Under the pieces are notes generated by a model. That model worked only from the letters and a program-made list of their open reading frames with translations, had not been told where the DNA came from and searched no databases. DNA of 12,489 nucleotides, taken from the NCBI GenBank assembly GCA_046758965.1, contig JBHIBG010000082.1:1-12489 (forward strand), in the 5' to 3' direction. The position numbers and the translations under genes are program-made. The DNA comes from Candidatus Methylomirabilia bacterium. Lineage in GTDB: Bacteria > Methylomirabilota > Methylomirabilia > Rokubacteriales > CSP1-6. Positions 7,151 through 12,489 of this stretch are shown piece by piece. Position 1 is the stretch's first letter. Every line of letters begins with the position of its first letter.

Positions 7151-7532
7151 TCAGGTCAGGAATTCGGTGACAAGCCGGGCCACCTCCTGCGGGGACTCGT
7201 AGGGGAGCATATGGCCGCCCGGGAGCACTATGAGCTCGGCAGACTTGACCCGCCCCCCGCTGGAACTCCTCAGCGTACTCGAGAGGGTTCACGCTGTCGC
7301 CATCTCCCCAGAGCAGGAGCGTGGATGCCTCGATCCGGTGCAACCGCTTCTTCAACCCCTTGTCGGGGAGTGGCCACACGAACTTCCCCATGGCGGCCAG
7401 GCGCTCAATACCCCCACCCTTGGCGGGGTCATAGAGCTCGTGCGGGACGTCCACCCAGACCGACCGGTAGCGACCGTCGAACTCCTCGGGCGACAGCCGC
7501 TACGGCATGAGATGGAAGAAGGAGATCTTCAA
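7151..7532 (-). pseudogene. Chimeric pseudogene: N-terminus of an LLM-class flavin-dependent oxidoreductase joined to the C-terminus of an alpha/beta hydrolase
   Basis: GGAGG RBS and TTG 7532 give MKISFFHLMP*RLSPEEFDGRYRSVWVDVPHELYDPAKG (TAG at 7502-7500), then GKFVWPLPDKGLKKRLHRIEASTLLLWGDGDSVNPLEYAEEF. A frameshift in the G6 run (7253-7258) leads to RVKSAELIVLPGGHMLPYESPQEVARLVTEFLT* (stop 7153-7151). Confidence 0.8.
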
Positions 7533-7614
7533 GTCTCAGGCCTCCCCCGGGAATGCTAACGGAGATCGTGGGCCGTTCCAAGACGGCCGCGTCGGCAGGG
7601 GGTCGAGAAGCGCC

Positions 7615-7644
7615 TTGACAGCCACCGAGACAACGGCATACAGT
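7615..7644 (+). promoter_or_regulatory. Sigma70-type promoter for the 7728-7976 gene
   Basis: TTGACA (7615-7620), 18-nt spacer, TACAGT (7639-7644); homologous to the promoter at 315-343. Confidence 0.7.
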
Positions 7645-7727
7645 CGCACCAAGCGCGCAGCGTCCGGCTGCGAGGAGAGCGCGGGCGAGCGGAAATCTGC
7701 TCCCCCAAGAGGGAGGTGTGACGGCGG

Positions 7728-7976
7728 ATGGCTCGGTTCCTGCTCATCGTGGCGCGAGACCAACCCGAAGTCCACAACTACCTGGCTCGTAAATTCGTGG
7801 GGGACCAGGAGTTCCATGTCTTCCTCGACCGACGGCAGGAAGAGCGGCGGCAGCGCATCTTTGCGCACGGCTCAGAGCGGCGTGCGGCCGATCGCCGTCG
7901 CGACCCAGACGACTTTCTCCGTTGGGCGCCAACCGGGAAAAGTCCCATCGCGATCATCCGGCACTCGCAGGCTTGA
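7728..7976 (+). CDS. Small hypothetical protein (82 aa) with tandem [DE]RRxx[DE]RR motifs; paralog of 2-229
   Basis: ATG with GGGAGGT RBS; motifs DRRQEERR and ERRAADRR; 50% identity to the 2-229 product over 60 aa. Confidence 0.85.
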   Translation: MARFLLIVARDQPEVHNYLARKFVGDQEFHVFLDRRQEERRQRIFAHGSERRAADRRRDPDDFLRWAPTGKSPIAIIRHSQA

Positions 7977-8072
7977 TGCCAGGCATCGAGCCGTCACGGG
8001 AAGGGGGGTCCCCCCGCGTCCGCGCAGCAACGCCCGTGATGTGAGCAGGGACAGAAGCCGACGAGCTGCCTG

Positions 8073-8618
8073 ATGGAGCCGAGGGACGAGCTTTTTCAGA
8101 TCCTGAGAGAACACTCCCTCTTGAGGGGTCGCTTCGTCCTGGCCTCAGGGAAGGAGAGCGATTACTACTTTGACTGCAAGCTCACGACACTCGGCAACCC
8201 CCGCGGCCTGTCGCTTGCCTGTCGCATTCTCCGAGAGCGCATCCACGCCATGGACACACCGGTCGATGCCATCGGAGGCCCCACGATGGGAGCAGCTCCC
8301 CTCGTCATCGGCGTATCGCTTTTGGCTCAACTTGATGGCCAGCACCTGCCTGGTTTCATCGTGCGGAAAGATCCCAAGCCTCACGGCCGGCAGCTCCTGA
8401 TCGAGGGCAGCGTCAAGCCTGGTACAAACGTAGTGATTCTGGAGGATGTCGTGACCACAGGATCTTCGGTGCTGAAAGCCGTCAAGGAGGCGGAGGCGGC
8501 CGGAGCGAGGGTCGTAAAGGTCCTGGCGCTCATCGACCGGGAGGAAGGCGCGGATGCGGCACTCCGGAATTACGGCTTCGAGCGCATCTTTTCGTTCGGA
8601 GAGTTTCTCGAGGGTTGA
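8073..8618 (+). CDS. pyrE: Orotate phosphoribosyltransferase
   Basis: GRFVLASGKESDYYFD, RKDPKPHG flexible loop, PRPP-binding VVILEDVVTTGSS, C-terminal DREEG. Confidence 0.95.
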   Translation: MEPRDELFQILREHSLLRGRFVLASGKESDYYFDCKLTTLGNPRGLSLACRILRERIHAMDTPVDAIGGPTMGAAPLVIGVSLLAQLDGQHLPGFIVRKDPKPHGRQLLIEGSVKPGTNVVILEDVVTTGSSVLKAVKEAEAAGARVVKVLALIDREEGADAALRNYGFERIFSFGEFLEG

Positions 8619-8625
8619 ACGGCGC

Positions 8626-10056
8626 TCACTCCAGCGCGTCGGGGTCGATGCCGTGCTCCTTGAGCTTCTTGCGGAGGGTGTTGCGGTTGATGCCGAGCAG
8701 AGCCGACGCCTTGACCTGGTTGCCGCCGGTCTCCCGAAGCACGGCTCGCAATAACGGGTGCTCGACCAGCCCGATCACGAGGCCATAGAGGTTCGCCCCG
8801 GAGTGCCCCCCGAGTCCCCTCAGGCACTCCTCCAGCTTCTTCTCGACGATCTTCGCCAGCGTGGGCTCCGCCGTCACGCTCCTCGCGGCCGAAACCGGAC
8901 CGATCGGCAGGTGCTCGGGCAGGATCACGCCGCCTGACCCCATGACCATCGCCCGCTGGACCACGTTCTCCAGTTCCCGCACGTTGCCGGGCCAGTCATA
9001 GCCCACAAGGCGCGCCATGGCCTCGGGCGCGACGAGGCGCTCGCCGAAGTCGGCCGCGTACTTGGTCAGGAACTGTTCGGCGAGGAGTGGGATGTCCTCC
9101 CGCCGCTCCCGGAGGGGCGGCAGGACGACCGTCACCACGTTGAGGCGGTAGTACAGATCTTCCCGGAAGCCTCCGTCCCGGATCAGCGCCTCCAGATCCC
9201 GGTTGGTCGCCGCGAGCAGTCGCACATCCACCCGGATCGGCTCACATCCTCCCAACCGCTCGAAGCTCCGCTCCTGAAGGGCCCGGAGCAGCTTCGCCTG
9301 GATCTCCAGGGACATGTCGCCCACCTCGTCGAGGAAGAGCGTGCCCCCGTGAGCCAGTTCCAGCTTTCCCAACTTCCGCTCCTTGGCGTCGGTGAAGGCG
9401 CCCCGCTCGTGGCCGAAGAGTTCGGATTCGAGCAGCGTGCCCGGGATCGCCGCCCCCGACACCGCCACAAACGGGCGGCCTGCGCGGCGGCTGTAGTGGT
9501 GGATAGCGCGGGCCACCAGTTCCTTGCCGGTGCCCGACTCGCCGCGGAGAAGCACCGTCACCTCGCTAGCCGCGACCCGGCCGATGGCCTTGTAGACTTC
9601 CTGCATCCGCGGGTGGCGCCCGATCAGAGCCCCGAACTCCCAGACCTCGCGAAGGCCGATCTTGAGTCGGGCGACCTCCTGGGTGAGCCGTTTCGCCGCC
9701 AACGCCCGCTCGGCCAGGAGGAGGATCTCATCGAGATCGAACGGCTTGGCCAGGTAGTCGTAGGCGCCCCGCTGCATGGCCTGGATGGCGGTCTCCATGG
9801 TGCCGTGGGCGGTCATGATCACGACCTGGGCCTCGGGCTGGAGGTCGCGGAGCCTGGCGAGCAGGGTGAGGCCGTCAACCCCGGGAAGGCGGACGTCGAG
9901 GAAGATCAGGTCGAAGGGCTCGGCCTGCGCTCCCCGGAGCGTGGCGCCGCCGTCTCTAACGGCGGTGACGCGGTAGCCGGCTTGCTTGAGCCCCTTCTCG
10001 AGGGCCCAGCGAAGTCCGTCCTCGTCGTCCGCGATCAGAATGTGGCCTTCTGGCAT
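8626..10056 (-). CDS. ntrC: Sigma54-dependent response regulator, NtrC-like (receiver + AAA+ + Fis-type HTH)
   Basis: Receiver (ADDE, LDVRLP, KPF); Walker A GESGTGKE; ESELFGHERGAFTDA; Walker B FLDEVG; WPGNVRELEN; HTH GNQVKASALLGINRNTLRKK; adjacent to an NtrB-like kinase. Family is certain, orthology to ntrC is likely. Confidence 0.85.
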   Translation of the reverse strand: MPEGHILIADDEDGLRWALEKGLKQAGYRVTAVRDGGATLRGAQAEPFDLIFLDVRLPGVDGLTLLARLRDLQPEAQVVIMTAHGTMETAIQAMQRGAYDYLAKPFDLDEILLLAERALAAKRLTQEVARLKIGLREVWEFGALIGRHPRMQEVYKAIGRVAASEVTVLLRGESGTGKELVARAIHHYSRRAGRPFVAVSGAAIPGTLLESELFGHERGAFTDAKERKLGKLELAHGGTLFLDEVGDMSLEIQAKLLRALQERSFERLGGCEPIRVDVRLLAATNRDLEALIRDGGFREDLYYRLNVVTVVLPPLRERREDIPLLAEQFLTKYAADFGERLVAPEAMARLVGYDWPGNVRELENVVQRAMVMGSGGVILPEHLPIGPVSAARSVTAEPTLAKIVEKKLEECLRGLGGHSGANLYGLVIGLVEHPLLRAVLRETGGNQVKASALLGINRNTLRKKLKEHGIDPDALE

Positions 10057-10086
10057 GGCGTGCTCGTCAGCCCCCGGCCGCCCCGC

Positions 10087-11169
10087 TCATCTGGCGATCG
10101 GTAGGAAGCAGCTGAGGGTGGTACCGTGTCCGGGAACACTCTCCACCTGGATGGCCCCCGTGTGCTCCTCCATGATGCGGTGACAGAGGGCCAGCCCCAG
10201 ACCCATCCCTCTCTCTTTGGTCGTGAAGAAGGGCTCGAAGATTCTCCCCCGGATCGACTCCGCGATCCCTTCTCCCTCGTCAGCCACCCGCACCTCCACC
10301 ATGCTCCGGGCCCCGCCCCCAAGGTCCACCTTGGTGAAGAGCGGATTCGCTGAGAGCCGCGTGGTCACGGTGAGGCGGCCGCCAGCGGGCATGGCCTCGA
10401 TCGCGTTTCGCACCAGGTTCGTGAAAACCTGGGCGAGTCGGTCCTCGTCCCCCAGGATTGGCGGAAGGCTGGGGTCGTAGCGCCGGAGGATCACCACGTT
10501 GCTGCCGGCCGCCAGCTCTTGGGAGAGGAGCGTGACCCGCTCCAGGATCTGGTGGAGGTTGAGCGGACGCGGCTCCAGCCGGACCGGACGCCCCAGGGCC
10601 AGGAGTTGCTCGAGGATCCGGTTGACCCGATCCACCTCCGCAACCAGGACCTCGGTGTACTCGGCCCACTGGGCCTCGGCGCTCAGCTCCTTCTTCAACA
10701 CCTGCACGGCGACCCGTATCGCCCCGATGGGGTTTCGGATCTCGTGGGCCACGCTGACAGCCATGCGCCCAAGGGCGGCCAGCCGCTCCCCCCACCGCAC
10801 CTCCTCCTCGAGCTGGCGGATCCGGCTCAGATCCCTCACCACCGCCACGGCACCCTGCACCGCACTGGAGCGACCGGCAAGAGGGGCGCTGACGATGCTC
10901 ACGGCAATGGGGTGACCATCGGGGCCTTCCAGCACGGCTTCACCCTCGGAGCGGCTCTCGCCCGTCCGGAGCGTCTCGGTCAGATGCCGGGCCAGCGAGG
11001 AATCTAGCGGGAGAACCTCCTTGAGAGCGCGCCCCCCGACTCGTCTGGCCGAGCGGCCCGTCAGGGCCTCTGCGGCGGGATTCCACAGGATAACCCGGAG
11101 GGCCTCGTCGACCCCGACCACAGCATCGGGAAGCCCCATCAGGACAGACTCGTAGTCGAGTTGGGCCAT
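10087..11169 (-). CDS. ntrB: PAS-domain sensor histidine kinase, NtrB-like
   Basis: N-terminal PAS (WNPAAE); H-box AHEIRNP; NtrB-typical YDPSLP; N-box NLVRNA; G1 DEGEGI; F-box FEPFFTTK; G2 GMGLGL; no TM segments. Confidence 0.85.
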   Translation of the reverse strand: MAQLDYESVLMGLPDAVVGVDEALRVILWNPAAEALTGRSARRVGGRALKEVLPLDSSLARHLTETLRTGESRSEGEAVLEGPDGHPIAVSIVSAPLAGRSSAVQGAVAVVRDLSRIRQLEEEVRWGERLAALGRMAVSVAHEIRNPIGAIRVAVQVLKKELSAEAQWAEYTEVLVAEVDRVNRILEQLLALGRPVRLEPRPLNLHQILERVTLLSQELAAGSNVVILRRYDPSLPPILGDEDRLAQVFTNLVRNAIEAMPAGGRLTVTTRLSANPLFTKVDLGGGARSMVEVRVADEGEGIAESIRGRIFEPFFTTKERGMGLGLALCHRIMEEHTGAIQVESVPGHGTTLSCFLPIAR

Positions 11170-11175
11170 GAAACG

Positions 11176-11461
11176 CTAGTCATTCGTTGGAGGACCACTG
11201 GCGCACCTCCAACTTGTTTCGCCTAGGCCAGCGCCGCGGGTGGCGCCGGGCACCCGGATACCCGTCGAAGAGGGAACGTATCCGGGTCGGGGGCGCCCCA
11301 CGGCGCGGAGCGCACCGCCTCTCAACGTGGCTGGTCCTGCACCCGAACGACAGGTGCTGACGGCTCGCCGAGCCTGCGGGAACGAGCATCGTTAGGCTGC
11401 TCGCCGGGACAGGACCCGCGGCGCGCGCTTCGTTAGGCCCATTTACTTGGAACAGCACTAG
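11176..11461. mobile_element. Candidate MITE-like structured intergenic element
   Basis: CTAG at both ends (11176-11179 and 11458-11461, the latter containing the tsaD stop codon); imperfect terminal inverted repeat with a perfect 11-bp core (11231-11241 / 11414-11424); several internal hairpins. Confidence 0.5.
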
Positions 11462-12459
11462 GCCAGCTTCAGATCTGGGACCGCGTTCATCGTGAGGGGC
11501 GCGCGCTCGCCAGCCAGGAGGCGGGCATCCCCTGCCGCGGCGATCATGGCGGCGTTGTCCGTGCAGAGGGAGGGCGGCGGGATGAAGAGCTCCCAGCCCC
11601 GCTCCTCAGCTTCTGTCCGAAGGGCTGCCCGGAGCGTGCTGTTCGCGGCCACACCCCCGGTGAGGACGACCCGCTTGACGCTCTGACGAAGCGCGGCCTT
11701 GACCGTCTTCCTGGCCAGCATCTTCACGGCGGTGGCCTGAAAGGAGGCTGCCACATCCGCCACCATCAGTTCGGAGAGCGGGGCATGCTGCCTCACGAAC
11801 AGGGAGACCGCGGTCTTGATCCCGCTAAAGGAGAAGTCAGGGGCGCCATCGGTCATCTGCGCGACGGGAAACGGAATGGCGTGGGGATCACCCCTCTTCG
11901 CCGTCCGCTCGATGACCGGGCCGCCCGGGTACCCGAGCTGCAAGAGCTTCGCCACCTTGTCGAAGGCCTCCCCGGCCGCATCGTCACGGGTCTGGCCGAC
12001 GAGCCGGTAGCGGAGCGGCTCCGGTACCAGGTACAGGGCGGTGTGCCCCCCAGAGACCACCAGCGCGAGGAACGGGTACTCGGGCCTGGGCTCCACCAGA
12101 ACGGCTGAGAAGACATGCCCCTCCAGGTGGTTCACGGCGACCAGGGGGAGCCGGTGCACGTAGGCGAGAGCTTTTGCGACGGAGCATCCCACGAGGAGCG
12201 AGCCCACGAGACCGGGCCCCTGCGTCACGGCAATCCCCTGCAGCTCGCGGAGGGTGACCCGGGCGTCGTCCAGGGCCTGTTCGATAACCGGGAGAATGAC
12301 TTCCAGGTGACGGCGCGAGGCGAGCTCGGGCACGACGCCGCCGTACGAGGCGTGGATCTTGTCTTGGGAGGCCACCACCGAAGCCAGGATTTTCCCACCG
12401 TCGGCCAGCACCGCCGCGGCGGTTTCGTCGCAGGAGGTCTCGATACCCAGGACTAGCAT
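11458..12459 (-). CDS. tsaD: tRNA N6-adenosine threonylcarbamoyltransferase TsaD (Kae1/YgjD family)
   Basis: LGIETSCDET, GGVVPELASRRH, GPGLVGSL, HLEGH metal motif, VSGGHT, DDAAGEAFDK, FSFSGIKT, GGVAAN, CTDNAAMIA. Confidence 0.98.
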   Translation of the reverse strand: MLVLGIETSCDETAAAVLADGGKILASVVASQDKIHASYGGVVPELASRRHLEVILPVIEQALDDARVTLRELQGIAVTQGPGLVGSLLVGCSVAKALAYVHRLPLVAVNHLEGHVFSAVLVEPRPEYPFLALVVSGGHTALYLVPEPLRYRLVGQTRDDAAGEAFDKVAKLLQLGYPGGPVIERTAKRGDPHAIPFPVAQMTDGAPDFSFSGIKTAVSLFVRQHAPLSELMVADVAASFQATAVKMLARKTVKAALRQSVKRVVLTGGVAANSTLRAALRTEAEERGWELFIPPPSLCTDNAAMIAAAGDARLLAGERAPLTMNAVPDLKLA

Positions 12460-12489
12460 GGCTTGCTCGGCGACCTTCCGGACATTTGA

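Noticed and set aside
7500..7502. In-frame TAG as possible pyrrolysine or read-through
   Set aside because: The position corresponds to Tyr in the FHLMPY motif, and the same gene also has a frameshift and a large deletion, so decay is the simpler explanation.
11180..11458. 92-aa ORF in the tsaD-ntrB spacer
   Set aside because: No RBS or motif; it coincides with the palindromic element and is probably incidental.
12460..12489. Possible N-terminal extension of tsaD or 3' end of an upstream gene
   Set aside because: Only 30 nt are visible; MLVLGIETSCD is the canonical TsaD start and the upstream gene cannot be identified.
1..12489. CRISPR array, tRNA, rRNA, transposase or integrase
   Set aside because: No regularly spaced direct repeats, cloverleaf, rRNA-like sequence or recombinase motifs were seen.

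Overview
GC-rich bacterial chromosomal window. Gene style suggests Rokubacteria/Methylomirabilota or a similar lineage (inference only). The right end holds tsaD, an NtrB/NtrC-like two-component pair and pyrE. The left part holds two MFS transporters, a ChrR-like cupin and a five-repeat TM-helix (CmpX/MscS-TM-like) membrane protein. Reading beyond the ORF track adds the following. (1) A probable selenoprotein: an ArsC/Spx-like UxxC thioredoxin-fold protein at 6230-6586 (-) with an in-frame UGA, RBS, promoter and SECIS-like hairpin. (2) An unlisted 52-aa basic SWIB-like microprotein at 6794-6952 (-). (3) Two paralogous small proteins with tandem [DE]RRxx[DE]RR motifs (2-229 and 7728-7976) that also share homologous promoters and 5' leaders with a covarying hairpin. 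(4) A chimeric pseudogene joining an LLM oxidoreductase start to an alpha/beta hydrolase end. (5) A CTAG-bounded, highly structured ~285-bp MITE-like element between tsaD and the kinase gene. (6) Other structured intergenic segments. No database searches were run; family calls rest on motif recognition.
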